Below, piece by piece: positions 1-14,490 of a stretch of DNA of 64,000 nucleotides. The position numbers were made by a program, and so were the translations under genes. This DNA comes from Laetmonice hystrix (taxonomy: Eukaryota), in the NCBI GenBank assembly GCA_965235115.1, contig OZ249445.1:12400001-12464000 (forward strand). The letters run 5' to 3'. The notes beneath the pieces were generated by a model. The model had not been told where the DNA came from. It made no database searches and was given only the letters and a program-made list of their open reading frames with translations. Within the stretch, counting starts at the first letter, position 1; each line of letters opens with the position of its first letter.

Positions 1-550
1 GCTTGGTACGAACTTTATTGTGAATCGTTCTAATAAGCGTACAACCAAGTCTCTCAGCAGATTCAACGAAAGGACTGGGCTAGAACAAACCGTCATTCAC
101 GTGTTTAATCCGGACAGTCAAAACGACAACACAGTAAAGCTATTCTGCTATATATATAAGTCGCTGTGTTGCACCGAAAAGATATGAACGCACCTGGATG
201 ACGGCAATAACCATTGATATTGTAATAGGTATAAACCGCTAATATCTATCTTCAACAAAAACACGACCATTATTGTCATGTTCTGTATAATTTTGTCTAA
301 ATAACTCAATAGTATCAAAAGAAAACTTGCTTAACAAACATAATCGAGCCCACAGAAATTTCTTGATTTCAGGCAGGATCGAGGCCTTCGATAGGATAGG
401 TCCTATTCTTACATATAAATATACAACTGAAAGAATGAATTCAAGAATGAATACTGACGAACAAAGTAATTTTTTCAACATTATTAACGACATTCAACAA
501 TATTATTAAACATTGGTGGTTTACTTACTAGTTTCGTTTCTATAATCCTT

Positions 551-3100
551 TTACGAAGGGTAGCTTCGCAGGTATTGCCTGGCTGCCACCTGTCCATGAA
601 GGTAGCACCAGACATCTGTGGTTAGAGTAGGGAGTGGACTCAGCATTTTGGAAGGACATGGTACAGCTTTTGTGTAGCTCTCATACAAAGCAGGAAAAAG
701 TGTGGCATTTCGTGACAGCACTTTGTAAGGATGCACTGCACAGATATCTCAAACCTGGCCATTAGGCTACCTCCACACAATTCCATAATACTCGGAATAC
801 TATCTCAATGTTATGTAGTACATGTATTTGTTACGCTCAACATTAGCGTCACTTAAAGGGTACCTGGAGGAAATTACAGAATCACAGTGTCCAAAGGCAC
901 ATTCAATGTGCCTTTGGTACTGGAACCTTTCTTCAATGGCCTTTCACAAGAAAGATTTTGGAATACATCCAGTAACCTCAACGATAGTCTCAAAGGTTTA
1001 TGTCTCCGACGTTGTACAAGCTCGCAACCAGTGACCTTTCTGGCCCCACCCGTATTTCTGTTCTTGGAACTCGTGTATTCCTTTTTTTCTCTTTCTCTCT
1101 CTTTGAGTGTACTATCTCTGCAAGGATCCGTCCTCAATTCATCGTTTATATCTCATTCTACCGGAATCCGTAGGATCAGTGCTTTCCTTTCCGTCTATGT
1201 ACTGAGTGAACTCAGTAGTGAACAAACTTACAAAACTTTGACGAACCGGAAATTTTACATCAATAATTTCTTTCACTTCTCACGGAATTCATTGGCGTGA
1301 TATGATCTTTCAAAAACAATTCTTTCTTTGGATCAATCATTTTTTATGATGATCACCCTATCTGCATAGAAAGCGTTATTATACGTGTCTACCCACGTGA
1401 CAGTTTGTAATTGTAGGAAGGCCTACGTACTTGTTTTTACTAATGACCGCAAAGATTTCGTTACAGGGCCGTAACGAGTATTGGGGGGGGGGGGGGGGGG
1501 GGGGGGCAAGAGGCCGTTTTTAAACGAGTTGAATGTGAAAGATGGTGCCCTTTTAAAATTGATAGAAACATGTGCCCCTCGGAATTTTGAGCTGCTCTCA
1601 GGTTACCGTCAATATTAAGCTGTCGACGACCGTGACCACAGGCACTTTGAGGGACATCTTATTACTACACATACCTCCCGTATCATTGCCAGTAACTTAT
1701 TGTCGATACTAAGGCTTTACTCCCACTTCAGAGTCGAGCATCTTATTATTCACTTATTTCATATTGCACAACGGACATGATCTTAAACGAGAAAATAAAA
1801 CAAAAAGGCACATGGTAAGAAGAACGAGCTGAAAACAGTCCAACTGTCACAACATCCTTTAATAGTAACGTAACATTCACTGGGAGTAAATCACATCATA
1901 CACTCCAACCTGGACAGGGTTCTGGAGAAACCACACCCCTGGACCGCCTCCTGGCCTGTTCACACTTGCAGAGCAGGACCGTTCCTACAGGGGTGTAAAG
2001 CAGAGGACAGTTGGCCCCTGTAATCCTTGAAAAAGTGCCCTTATAATTAACAGAATAATTCTTAAAGACGTTGGTCTGTGCCGCCCTCCAGCAAACAGTG
2101 GCTACTTATGGCCCTGGAAACCGCCACTCTATATGAACCATCACACCGTATCCCATCTTAACTGTGTCCTCCAAGGGTACACCCGTAGCAAGACACTTTC
2201 ACCCTGTCTGGTCAAAAATTATGTCTTGCTAAACTTCCAGCCACTACCTGGTAAACCTTCTTCTACGGATCCTTGGTTAATTCGTATCGAATAAAAAGTA
2301 AATGAGAGAAAAGAAAAGACTCGTACAACAATAAGACAATGTAAAGCATTTATGTAAAAATTGTATATCAATAAACGAAAGACTCAATTAGGGAGGCCTT
2401 CTTGTAAGCACGACCGGTAGACTTGAGGTTATCTTCTGCACTAGGATGAAATGTACACTAAGAGGTCTTTGACACAACAACAATTAACACTCCTAGTCTT
2501 TCTGGTCTTGAGCACTTCTGTAGCGCAGTGTCTGGTGTATTCGATGCATATTCTTGGGTTCAATATTTATATAAAGGATGACCCAAACACAAATGCATGT
2601 AACATACTGATACAGCTGTATATCACAGGTTGGGAGAGCAAGGTACTAAAAATCATCAACTTCTCATCTCTTAAGTCCCGATCTATCTGTTAAACACAAA
2701 CGTATGAGATATTTAAACACTTATCTTACAATAAAAGTGACTTGGAAGGTCTTCAGCGTTGACCATGTCAGCTTCATTCAATCTGTCTTAGCTTCACAAC
2801 AAAACGATTCAATATAGAAAGTATCCTATCCCTGATCTACGTCTATGGCAAAACTTGGCCAGGATATTCATGATCATCCCGTTGGATAGACTTCAGGTAG
2901 GTTCTGTAAAGTCTGAACGCCACTTATTTTATGACTACGGGGTAATCATATCTGCACCATTGGATTATGAGCATTCATATTTCAAAGCAATCAAGTAATA
3001 TTTGTACTACAGCATCATCCGCCTTCTGTGATATTTCTGAGTTCCCTTATTGCAGACGAGCCGAGCTTGGCAGGTTCTGTGAAAGCTGGCAGGAAATCCT
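551..3100 (-). mobile_element. Decayed LTR retrotransposon (Gypsy-like) remnant: gag-like and integrase-like fragments
   Basis: One minus frame from ~970 to 551 reads VTGCIPKSFL*KAIEERFQYQRHIECAFGHCDSVISSRYPLSDANVERNKYMYYITLR*...HPYKVLSRNATLFP. This resembles rve integrase motifs (G.P..I.SD; YHPQSNG.VER.N; SPY.LL.GR). About 2750-3050 reads ...LKSIQRDDHEY...IRDRILSIL (gag-like). About 1900-2120 has broken zinc-knuckle-like pieces (VCWR..., KGHFFKD). Many stops; no LTRs recognised. Confidence 0.5.
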
Positions 3101-3182
3101 ACCGGTAAAATTAGCTTAAAAATGGCTCTTATCTCTCTACAGGGTGAATATTAAAAACAATTTTATGGGTGAATATTCTTAA

Positions 3183-3381
3183 GCCTGTGTTCCACTAAGC
3201 CATCGGCCATCCGATTTTCTTAACTTCTGAAATTATTGGTAATTTGTGTCATCAAATCATTAAAGGACATTGAATTTGTAAAGATTAGATATATATTTTT
3301 CGTCGGCCGCAAATATCAGATACATTTTATCGTGAATCGGATGGCCGATCGGATGTAAATCGGCTTAGTGGAATCCAACCA
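3183..3381. mobile_element. MITE, PIF/Harbinger (Tourist)-like
   Basis: Inverted repeats TTCCACTAAGCC (3190-3201)/GGCTTAGTGGAA (3362-3373) and ATCGGCCATCCGATT/AATCGGATGGCCGAT; flanked by TAA on both sides. Confidence 0.65.
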
Positions 3382-5253
3382 TAAGTCTATGTGTCCTGCT
3401 AATTGGGGCGTAGTTATCATGTCATTTCCATAAAATAGCAGGTCTAGACCTACAGGTCTGATTGATGGCTATAGGTTATACAACCTCATCATCCAATCTG
3501 TTAAAGTATCCCTGTACGCCGCTGTTATTCATGTACACGAGTTATTGGACAGGGTTTCGAAATTAGAATCTGCAACAAATTCACTATCAAATCAGTAAAG
3601 GCGACACTGTCGTCCGTGAGCCCCAGGCGATAAGTTGAGCCATCTAACGGTGCATGGGCTCGGCAACAAGATAGTTATCAATTACGACACCAGGTGGCTG
3701 GGAGCATATTCTAACAGACGTCAGCCTCGCCTGAAGTCGAATCTACCAATGCCTTTCTACAGGCAGACTAGCTCGGCACACTATGCATCGTTTAGCCACA
3801 CGAAAACATTATGTATATATAACAACCAACAACGCTGTCTTAAAGACTCCAAACTGATTAAGAAAACAAAAGACCACCATATTAGCGGTATTTTTTCAGC
3901 AGTTTGCAGGGAAATTGAGTCGTCAGCAATTTTTCCAGGCATTTACCGGGTAAAATCTATACAACGGTTTTTACTAACTACCACTACACTTATCCCATTT
4001 TTTTTGCTTACAGAACTGTTCATTATCCATCAAGCTGCTCATGCGTTTACATACAAGTGACGCCACATGATATGCAGACACACTCGTTACCTTTGTTAGT
4101 TTATAACCTTACCTGCTCGACTGCACTATTTGCATCTTTTATTCCATTAATCTATGTAAAGTGGTTGTAACAGAGCAGTAGGTCCAGTTATAATATGACT
4201 GAAGTTCACAATGGCATAATCCTAATTCAAATCAGATTCGTGCCTCCTGGTGCACGTTCTGGTGCACTCTGACCATGACAAATAGAATTAAAAAAACATA
4301 ATATAAAAAGTAAAAATAAAATAAATAGAACCAGTAAACCTCCAAAGTTTTATGAACAGCAAAGTTTGTACCCTTAATTCTAAACTACTTACAGATACGT
4401 ACAATTGCTAAGTCCATATGTTACACCTAAGACCACAATTGACATCATTCGTTCCTCCTCGCCTTTTATTTCATTGTTCTGTATATTCTATATCAACAGG
4501 CTCTGAAACATAAACATACTATTAAATCACATAGCATAAAGCTAGCTACGGGAGAGGGCAAGGGGACAGGTCCTCCCAGATTAAATAAAATCAACACAGC
4601 TCAGTACATACGTACCCAACCCAACTCCGTATCATGACGGTCCCCAAAGTCTATTATGGGGATTTCAACGTGGCAGTTCATAATAGACACGTATGTATCA
4701 TACTACCATCATATGGCACACCATCGGGAAGTATATCTACATATATGCCATATAACTCGTATATCATGTATGTAAACACATTTCATGACACATCAATACA
4801 ATAATACATCTAATGGACAGAGTAGGGTACACATTCAGTACTCTATCTAACTAGCGGTAATGATGTCGAGATATAGGTTACAAACTGCCCTACTGGCATG
4901 AGCAATATTCATCACCTGCTTATTTGTGGGTAACATCTTGACTCTTACATTGTAATTTCAATTTTTTCGGCTGTTGATAGGATAAAAAACAAACTGAATT
5001 GATGATCCTTGCCCATGTATCTCAGAATATTCTCTTCGTTGGAACCTTTGTGTACATGTACATGAATCGTTGCATATACCCAGACAGCTCTAAGTATTTT
5101 GTAAACTACAAGCATCTTTTGACCCTTTCATCCTTTTGCAGCAACAACCCAAAGATTCTGTGCTGGCAAAACGTCACTAAGTGTTTACCAAGTGATCTTT
5201 GACAAAATTAACGTTAGCTTATGAAAGAACATGGTAGAACATAAATAAGTTCA

Positions 5254-5376
5254 GCCCATACACAGACTAATTTACGGCCGATTTTGGGATATGGCCGATT
5301 TTTCTCCATAGTTTTGCTATGGAGAAAAATCGGCTGTATCTCAAAATCGGCCGTAAATCGGTCCGTGTATCTGGGC
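5254..5376. mobile_element. Palindromic (fold-back) MITE
   Basis: Two ~58-bp arms are near-perfect reverse complements around a ~5-nt loop (...TTTTTCTCCATAG tttg CTATGGAGAAAAA...); internal GCCGATTTT sub-repeats. Confidence 0.7.
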
Positions 5377-6482
5377 CTTTAGTTGCTACGGTTTGACGCT
5401 ACTATAAGGGTTTGTCTTATAAAATTTTAATTTATCAAGCCTCCTGACCCAGTAACTGCATGGTTAGGTATGTACGAATAAAAAAATGGCGACATGTATG
5501 CACAGGTCTTTGACTGAACGAACCCTTCAACTCTGACTGTGTAAACTTTCCAACCTGTACAAGGTGTAAGGATATTTTAAGTTAATGTTGAGTCCAAGGT
5601 CTGATGGCAAGTAAGAGGGCACTGTCTCGAATTACGTAGTGTTGCCAGCAACAAGTCGAGTCATTACGTCACACATTTTCTAACCAACTAATTCCACAAT
5701 CGTTTGACACACTGCCAATCCCTCTCGCCCTCACCCCTCCTCCATTCCCAGCCCTGACAGCCCCTACATTCTGAGCCCTTTGCTGAATGTATAATTGATA
5801 TGATGATTTGTTGCCTCATTCAATATGTCAGCCCTATTTTCTCAGCACCACCGCTTATAACTGATATGGTGAAAGAAAAAGTTTGTAAAATTCCTTTTGA
5901 TTCAGCACCACCTATTTGGCAACGATCAGGGGTTAAGTAATTTGGTCCTCAATGCCTTCAACACGATACGGTTGACAAATACTGGTAAAAGTTCACCCCA
6001 AATCTGGCTCTACGATTTTGGTTTGGCTATAACTTGTAAAGTTTCCTCATATGAACATAGTAGAGCAGTATACAATATTTTGATAAATTATTACAATTGG
6101 TAAACTGCAGCACTAGTCAAATTATAAATATATGCTTTTATCATAAATGATACATATAATGGTCACTAACTTCATGTTGACATATATCCAGATGATATCC
6201 TGGCTAAGATGACAGGTAACTAACTTCATCTTACTCCTATTTCAATGTTCTGCCTATAAACACTAGATAAGTTTTAATAATTACGTTAACTTTAACACTA
6301 AAAACCTACAGTCAAATTGTCCCCAGGAGTATGACCACATTACAATAACTACCTTACACAACACACTGACACACTTCATTGATGATGACCTAGTGGTCAG
6401 TGGAAGAACCATTCATTTGGCTGACGTTCACACCAGCACCCTCTAGTGGACGGTGGTGACGATAAGACGACCACAGAGTCTC

Positions 6483-9400
6483 TCAAACCCGGTTCATCTC
6501 AGTCTCAGGAATACTGAGCTGTCGGTAGAAGGGATAGTGAGGTGCATACTCAAGACGCCCTCGTGTGTATTCAGAATCGCCCTCTTCAGCAATATTGATT
6601 TTCCGGCGTGCATATTCTTCATATGTAGGGGGTGCTGGAAGGTCAAAATTTAACCTTTTAAATCAGTTAAACATCTAATTAATTCAGAGAAAATTGGTGG
6701 ATGATAAAGTCATCTTCCACTTTTTCTGATAAACTATACGTGGAAAGTATCAGAGAAGGATCACATTATTTCTTACTGACCTACATATTATGAATGCAAA
6801 CAATTTGGAAGAAAACTTAGCCACAGGTTTTTTTGATTTTGAAATTTCTTCTGTCTTACGCAGAGCATATGCAGGTATCTCAGCGTCTGGGGCCCCAGGA
6901 GCCGAGGGTTGGTTTTCAACGACCATCATGGAGCCTGGTGCATACTGGACTCCATAACGTGGACTGAACGCATCTTGTAGAGGGATTGTTCCAATGATAA
7001 CCTCACTCGCCAGCTTGATATCATTGCCGTAATTGACTGATGCATAAAACTATATAAAAAGACATACCCTTATGTACTTGGAGTATCCGCACAAACACAA
7101 CAAGAGAGGTTTGGGTTAATTATTTAAGGGTTAAAAAACCACGATAACAGAATCCTTTGATACTTCCCTCGAAGTGCTCCACAGGTGGGGAATAAAAGTA
7201 CTGTAATATCCAGCTAGACTGGGCAAATAAAAGATTCCTGTCAAGCAGATCTGATCATCGCATCTTCACCTGACAAAATTTATGTTATAACAAGCAACTC
7301 CCCAAGGAAGTATCTAAGAAGTCTGCATGGAATAAAAGTATTATGTGTGGCTGAAACAGGAAATTTTACTGGGAAAACTAAACGATGCTGTGACACAATA
7401 TGGAATAGGAACATACCGGTACGTAACCTAATGCCCTTCTTTGTAGTTCACAATGATCACCCAAGGTTATCTGAAGGATCCGAATAGACTGGGCAATGGT
7501 CGAGTCCCTGCGATGACAACCACACTCACCTTGACAACATACGTACAGTTGATGATGTTACATCCCACCAGTCTTGAGGGAGGCACCGCTGGGATGGCCA
7601 GCGCAACATTATCCCAGATACATGACTGGCCCGCTGCAATCTCACCCCGACAAACCTGACCAACCAGGTCCTTCTCTACTCGACTCTTCAGTTCACCCGA
7701 TGAAAAAACCGAGTCTGATTGTCCCAGGAACTCGGTATACTGTTATAAAAAAAAAATTCTTTTTTCAAATTTGTCAGAGTCTCTCAAGAATTATCTTATA
7801 CCCAATAGATAACTTAAGTTATTTGAAAAATACGAATATCAATAATAAATTTGTATAGATACCAGAGAAAAAATAGCAGCTTTACCTGTTTAATTGCCAC
7901 AGCAGTTGAATTGACAGTAGTATTGCTTTTGTTATGAACCTCCGCATACACAATAATAGGTTCCCCAGGAACAAATCCTCGTTTGTTGATACGAAACATT
8001 GCAGATATGTCCCCAGAATAGCAGCAGCAGCATGACACTTCAGTACTATCTTGGCCCTGCATAGCCGTCTGTGCAATGGAGTAATGGTAATATTGCATGG
8101 ACAATTAAAGAAAAGGTAAAGCAAAGGTAGATGCAAGTCAAGTAAAAAATATGTTACAAAAAATGGGAAAAAAATATTTCAGATCTCGAATATGTTCAAA
8201 GTCTATTCCAATACTATATTTTACAGATTCTACACAATTCAACATAGAGTCAATAATATTTCTGAGTACTGCTTTTCATTCAATAACATGAACTGTCAAT
8301 ACAATTTGTGTGACGACACTAACCCGAAGTGCCTCAGGCTCTCCATTCAGGTCCAATCGACTGAGAACCGTAAACGCAGACTTCACATCATGATCAAACT
8401 TCCAAGGTTTGTCTATTGTTGCTTTGCAGCAGTAGCGGACATAGCCATGCTCGCCTTCAAATGACGATGGCAAGTCCTGAGCCAGAGACACCTCAAAACG
8501 GTACGTGTGGGTTCCTGCTGGATGAAGTTCTCCATCTCCCTCCACTAGAACACAGCAAACCAAATCTAAATCAATAAAATCACAAAGTCAAGTCAAGAAT
8601 AGCTTATCAATATCTGAGCGCCACTCCTGAACAAACACTAGACATCCTTTCACCAAACCCCTTAATGTTCTCATTGTGTCAGAATTCAGAGGCTAACTTC
8701 AATTGGAGGTATAAAAAGGTAAGAGTTTACACAAGTACTTGGCAATACAACATTTCTTATTATCAAGGTAACTATTTTAACAATCTAGTAAAACAGAAAG
8801 ATTTATTTTCAAACAAAACATTCCTTACAACTTATGCAGTAAGATGCATCACCAAACCTGACTTATTGACGATAAACTAACTGGAGTACAAACAAATGAC
8901 AGCACTGAACAGAAAGGTAAATTAAATTATATCAGAAATAACTACTGATTTACAATGTTTTCCTCTTTCTCTTTGGCAACTTTATTGGACACTAAACTTT
9001 CAGATATAATGAAATAGCATCTTAAATTATCTTAACTGAAAACATAAATAACCTGTACAGACAACAAAACTAACTTAATATATTTGAACAAAAGACTACA
9101 GAAAAATGGCATGCAAAGACACTTAATTCTAAATTATTAGCTAACAATTATATACAGTTACAAAACGTTTCCTGTACTTAGGTACAAATATACACTGTAC
9201 TAGTAGGTGTTATTTCGCACGTGAGAAATCCAAAACCGACACACTTGCCTATGAATTATAGTATTACTGATATATATCATTTCTAGCTTAGTCTGGTAGT
9301 TTCCCGTGCATTATTTAACAGTCAACCTGTAAAACCACCATCATTTCTACATGTGGCTAACTGTACGTGATGACTAAACCTCATGTCTCATGTGGTGACT

Positions 9401-12400
9401 ATTACTCCTTTCACATGAAAGTAAATCTGCCTTATGAAATCATGCGACCTGGAACTTAGCCATATACTGAAGTAATTTCCACATGATATAATGGTTGCAG
9501 ACAGCATTTCTGCATTCCGAGTCAATCTCTCTCTTACTGACACCTGGGATAGTTTCACATTTTTTGTCGGGTGAATGGTTATTCACTAATAGTTATGCAA
9601 CACTGTCTGAGGAATAGGCAGACACAAAGCTATGAAGGAAAGCTTTTTTAAAATAGTGTAAGTACGAATATGGGAACGTTCTTCAAAATTAATACACAAT
9701 TCAACTCCCCATATACAAGAAAATCAAATTTGATTTTGCATCCTTTAGTTATAGATCTTAGTGCTTAGTGCTATACTTTTTTCTTTACAGGGCACATCCC
9801 ATACACGCCTTGGCAATCAGTAAAGTGAAGCACTCATATTTGCTGTGTGTTTAAAGATAAAACACATGCCTACAAACTACTATAGTGGAATAAAAAAATG
9901 TTTTAGATGCTTTTGTGATAGTGGATTTTTATCATTTTTATATTCTTTTAAGAAAAAAAAGAATTTCAAAGAAGCAATCTTATTAAAGGGGCGGGGAGCG
10001 AACATGCAATATTACATTACAAATATATTAGAAGTTAGAACAGGACTAGGCAATGTAAGATCTTAATGAAACAAACAACAAAAATTCAACAAATTTGTGC
10101 TTTCTTCAAAAATCCTAGCCAATTGGAAATCTGTAATTATGAAATCTTCATAATTATATTAAAGGACCCGGTCTCGGTACATATTCCAATGGGGGGATCT
10201 CTGCCCAACAGGTGGCGCCACCATGTAACTGTCAACATCCATTAACCTACAGCCTGCAGTGGTTGTGGCCTGGAAACTCATCATGCTTGGTGTCCTATTC
10301 TGACCTGGCACAAAACCTATCCTGCGGCAGCCTTAACCCCTGGGCATCAGGCATCTCCACATGGCCGGCCCTCAGAGCAGTTTCCAATTATGAGCTCGGC
10401 AAATTTCATTTGGCAAGGCCAGCTGGGGTCAGGCGTGACTATATGGATGACCATCTCAGGTCCAGTTGGCAAATGCCAACACGGCAGAGCTGCACTGGAC
10501 GGAGACTGGTGACTCATTGGCTCTACAGCAGTGTGTAGGAAACGGGTAGAGCTGGTACTAATGTTGGGGCTCAGACACTGGGGAGGAACTAATATTAGAG
10601 GCAGTGCTGTAAGCAGACTAATAACTAGCCCCACATTCTACTGTAGCATATCCAGATAGGCGCTGGAACTAAAGTAAAGTCGTGTTTATAGACAGGTGAC
10701 TTCCTGGTACTACATGATAAACTGGGGCTACAAAAGTGTATGCACACTGAGTTCTCAGATTAAAATCTTGGGGTAGAAAGGTGTCTCTGCACCCTGTACA
10801 ATTGTTATCAGTGAGGTGAATGAAACGTGTTTACTCAAGAGAGTGAGACATTTGCTTGAGAATTTTCTAATTACCAGGCCCAGTACTGTTATGAATTGAT
10901 TGTATGATACCAGGGATTGGATACACACTTGGCTGTAGTTGAAAAAATAAGTGGCCCATGTTTTTAAGAGAATCAGCGGGGAAAAACACGATTCATGGCC
11001 TAAAACCTCACTGTGACAGTCTTATCCTTTTTTTCTGGTTTTAAACAGTCAGCCATTGTTTGAGGACCACACTGGGCATTTGTCCAGGTGAAATGACCGA
11101 CCTGCCTGACATTCTGCGTGCCAACTGATGCAGGTACCTTACTCATCAGGTGCCATTCTACCATGGTCACATGACACTCAGCGACAAATTATTTACCACT
11201 TCTTCAGGTATTATATTATGTCAGACTATAAGAATACCCGGTGAACAATGTTCACATGTTTGGTGACTTTACATTAGGTCCATGTGACCCCTGTCTTGGC
11301 AGCTAGTTGACCTAGTTGACCTACAAATTTAAGACTTAAATCTTAAAAAGATAGGGTTGAGTGTCTTTTAGTTTTGATCAATTTTTATACTGTAAAGTAC
11401 CATCATCCCAATTTTCGACATGAATTCACATATCACTGGTACTGCTTCTAACTAAAACTAGAACATTATACAGGGTGCAAAGCAGGCGCTCGCTACTCGC
11501 AAAAAGCGTGTGGCGAGTGCACTGGGCGAGTACCCAAGTCGGTGCACTGGTCCGTACTATCGAGTGCCAAAAAATGGGCAAAAAACGTTAGGTACCCTAA
11601 AAACACCTGGCCTGTCTGAAATCTGCAAGGTATTTCATCTAAACGACAAGTGGGGAGTGGAGGAAGTTCTGTCTATAAGTGAAATAATTAGGCCTACCTC
11701 TATCCGTAAAACCTTTGGGATATTATAATAAAATTCAAATAATTATTTAAATCGGGGGATTTGGCACTATCTAGGTTGGTGTAATTAATAAATCTTAATT
11801 TATGTAAATATATGCGTTTTTTACATTCTCAAAGCCAGATATTGCAACCATACAGACCAGTGTTGACCAGTACGGACCAGTACCTCCCGAAGTGCACTGG
11901 TCCGTAAAAGCAAGTACTACCCTATTCTCCCCTGCAGGTTAATACCAGTTCACATGAAAGGTCAATTCAACTGATTTCTATATTTCTGTAATTTCTACAG
12001 TCCCAGTATTTACTGACTAAGACAAAATGAGCTTAGATCAGCCACTGTCATTTAGTTGTCTGAGGTAGTGGTCCACATGACCAGTAAAAATTAGTTCTCA
12101 ACTTCTGTGTAACTCAACCTGGTAACTTAGTGTTAAGAGGTCAACTAGCCAAGCCACTGGAGGCTTGTAACACAAAGTTAACAACAGTTGGGGGTCTTCT
12201 TGCTTCTTTCATCAAAGTCTTAAATATGTATTACCAAGTCCAAGTCATTGCTTAGATTTGATGATATTAGCCATCTTCTGAAGTTTTGGTCTAGTGATTT
12301 CTGCTGGTCAAGTCCCAGACTTATATTACAGACTTATCTCTGTTCACTGAATTCGCTACTAATACTAACTCAGAGTAACTGTATCCTTTAGAATCTTTAT

Positions 12401-14164
12401 GGAAACTGTGGTGCAGAAAACCAGTGCTTTACAAGAAGACAAGACCACTCAAAGGAGAGCCAGTTCAGACATTAATAACCAGGGCATAGTTCTGCAATTG
12501 TCTGATAATCTCACTTTATTTATTATGATCTTAAAACACTCAAAAATCTGGTTGTCCTTTGGCTTTGGTAGAATCTAAATTCCGATGATGCAAACAAAAG
12601 ATTTAACTAACTGTACATAATTTCACAGTACCAATTCATAGGCATGAAGGCACACAACCAGTGTTACCCAAAGCACAGCCATTGACAGATAATGCCTTTG
12701 AATTATGCCCTGTATTTCTCTGTTCTACCAATTCTTGAAACCTACCTCAACCAAAGTAGCAATGACTGAAATATTGTGCCATAATCTAGAACCTAAAACA
12801 CTGACTGGCTGCATATCATACCACCAGTGTCAAGTCCATCAACTGATATTGGAATATTGTCAAGAATTAAAAGCAAACGAAGGAAAATAAGACAACTAAT
12901 GAATTAGTGTGTCAATTAACCATTCTAGCAGATCCTGGAGCTTTTCTCATGACAGGTTTGGGTGACTTTAGAACCTGTACATTATGTGTGGGAGGGGGCG
13001 ACTTTAGCCATTTGCTTAAAACCTGAAGTAGGGAAATCATCACTTAACGTCTTCCCAAACTTTATCAGTAGAAATACTGGATTCACTGGAAGCAGTCAAA
13101 AATGGTAGTGAAGAAACTTTTTCAGGCCATTGCACAATTCAGGACAAACGGTAACAAAGTCAAGCTGCACTTGCTTACATCATACCAATGGAAAAAATTT
13201 CTGAATGCACTTACAGGAGCAGGAATGCTTGGGCGTTGACTAACCTCTAGATAAATTATGGACATGGGGAATCAAAAAATTGGGGAAAAATTAGGATCAG
13301 TTAACTTCCTTTGACCAAAAACAAAATTAAGAGCTCTTTGGAATTACAAAGCCTTAAAAATACTTTAAAGCCAATATGAATATTTGGTTGATCAGGGCAT
13401 AAAAACACATTTTGCAGTTCTTCAATATCAATGAGCCCTGCTTGCTATTCTTAAAAATGGATGGAAGAAAAAATTCTTTCAACAGAACCTGTACACAAAT
13501 GAACTGATCGCTAGGTTTACATTTTTAAAAAGTTTCAATAAAACGAAATTATACATGGTAATAACATTCATAAAAGGGCTAAAAACTATTAAAATGAAAT
13601 AAACTTGTTCAAACACGACAACTGTCACCTTGCTATGTCTCTAATGTGCACTCTCAGCTTTTGAATTTAAAAAAATCTGACAAAGCTCATAAGAAGTTCT
13701 ACTTACATGAGCCAAATACAATAAATGTTTTGTCGATGTAGACTTCCTCTGATCGGTAGTGAACAGTACGTCTGCTGTTTCCACTTCCTTTGTGCACGTC
13801 CCAGTGCACCTTTGCCCGACCACTGAACCAGATGCGCAAATCTGTAGGACAGAAAATAATCATGACAGACAGACTTTAGTTTAAAAGAGGGATATTAACA
13901 ATTTTCAGATTTTTTTCATGTTCTTACATCAGTCAAAGCCCAGCAGTTTTTAACTTTGGACCCCAGCATAACTTATGCGAAAACTAAAATCATATCTACG
14001 GACTTTAAAATTTTTGTTGACAGTTTTTTTTTATAGAAATACTTACTCCTCATCTTCATTGGTTCACTGAGGGTCATGAGTACTGACCCTTGGACCACTT
14101 CTCCAGCATGGAAAACTCCCAGAGGATGATCATAAATGATGTCAAACTCCTGTAGTTTACCCAT
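6483..14164 (-). CDS. ARRDC: Alpha-arrestin (arrestin domain-containing protein, ARRDC2/3/4-like), ~402 aa, 7 coding exons
   Basis: Exons (minus): 14164-14047, 13841-13707, 8544-8324, 8068-7886, 7739-7530, 7049-6860, 6634-6483. All introns GT-AG, phases 1,1,0,0,0,1, total 1209 nt. Arrestin_N motifs (GEVVQGSV, GRAKVHW, HTYRFEVSLAQDLPSSFEGEHGYVRY, KPWKFD); Arrestin_C motifs (KRGFVPGEPIIVYAEVHNKS, IPAVPPS..GCNIINCTY, VIIGTIPL); C-terminal PPPTYEE (PPxY). Confidence 0.93.
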
Positions 14165-14490
14165 GTTGAAACAATCCTTCCAATCAAATACTGGCAGAAG
14201 ACTTTTGCAAGTTGTTCTTTAAACCTGAAATAGATGACTTCCATTACAAATTCTGTAATTTGTTTATAGGCAAGTACTCTCTACTTGTGAACAGACTTGT
14301 GAACAGGAAAGGTTTAATTAAGCTCTTGGTTGATATTTTTGAGATAAAACTACCAGCTCATTTTTTGATGCTGTTCACTCGTTTTAGTTTTATAAGACAA
14401 ATTCATACATGTGAACCTTTTACCTGCTTGGATCCTTTATTGTCTTTACTATTACATAGTAGCAGGCCTGTAGCCACTCCAAAGGACAGA

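Noticed and set aside
891-917. 27-bp palindrome CCAAAGGCACATT-C-AATGTGCCTTTGG
   Set aside because: Isolated, inside the decayed retroelement, with no TSD or family context; no function supportable.
1484-1506. Long G/C homopolymers (also 14921, 24673, 25375, 55528, 56307)
   Set aside because: Mostly subterminal parts of short DNA elements; exact lengths are unreliable in assemblies.
3635-4060. 141-aa plus-strand ORF
   Set aside because: No recognisable motif, GTG start, no splice context; probably chance or TE-derived.
5641-5652. Perfect-looking RFX X-box GTTGCCAGCAAC
   Set aside because: About one match to the degenerate consensus is expected by chance in 64 kb, and there is no nearby TSS.
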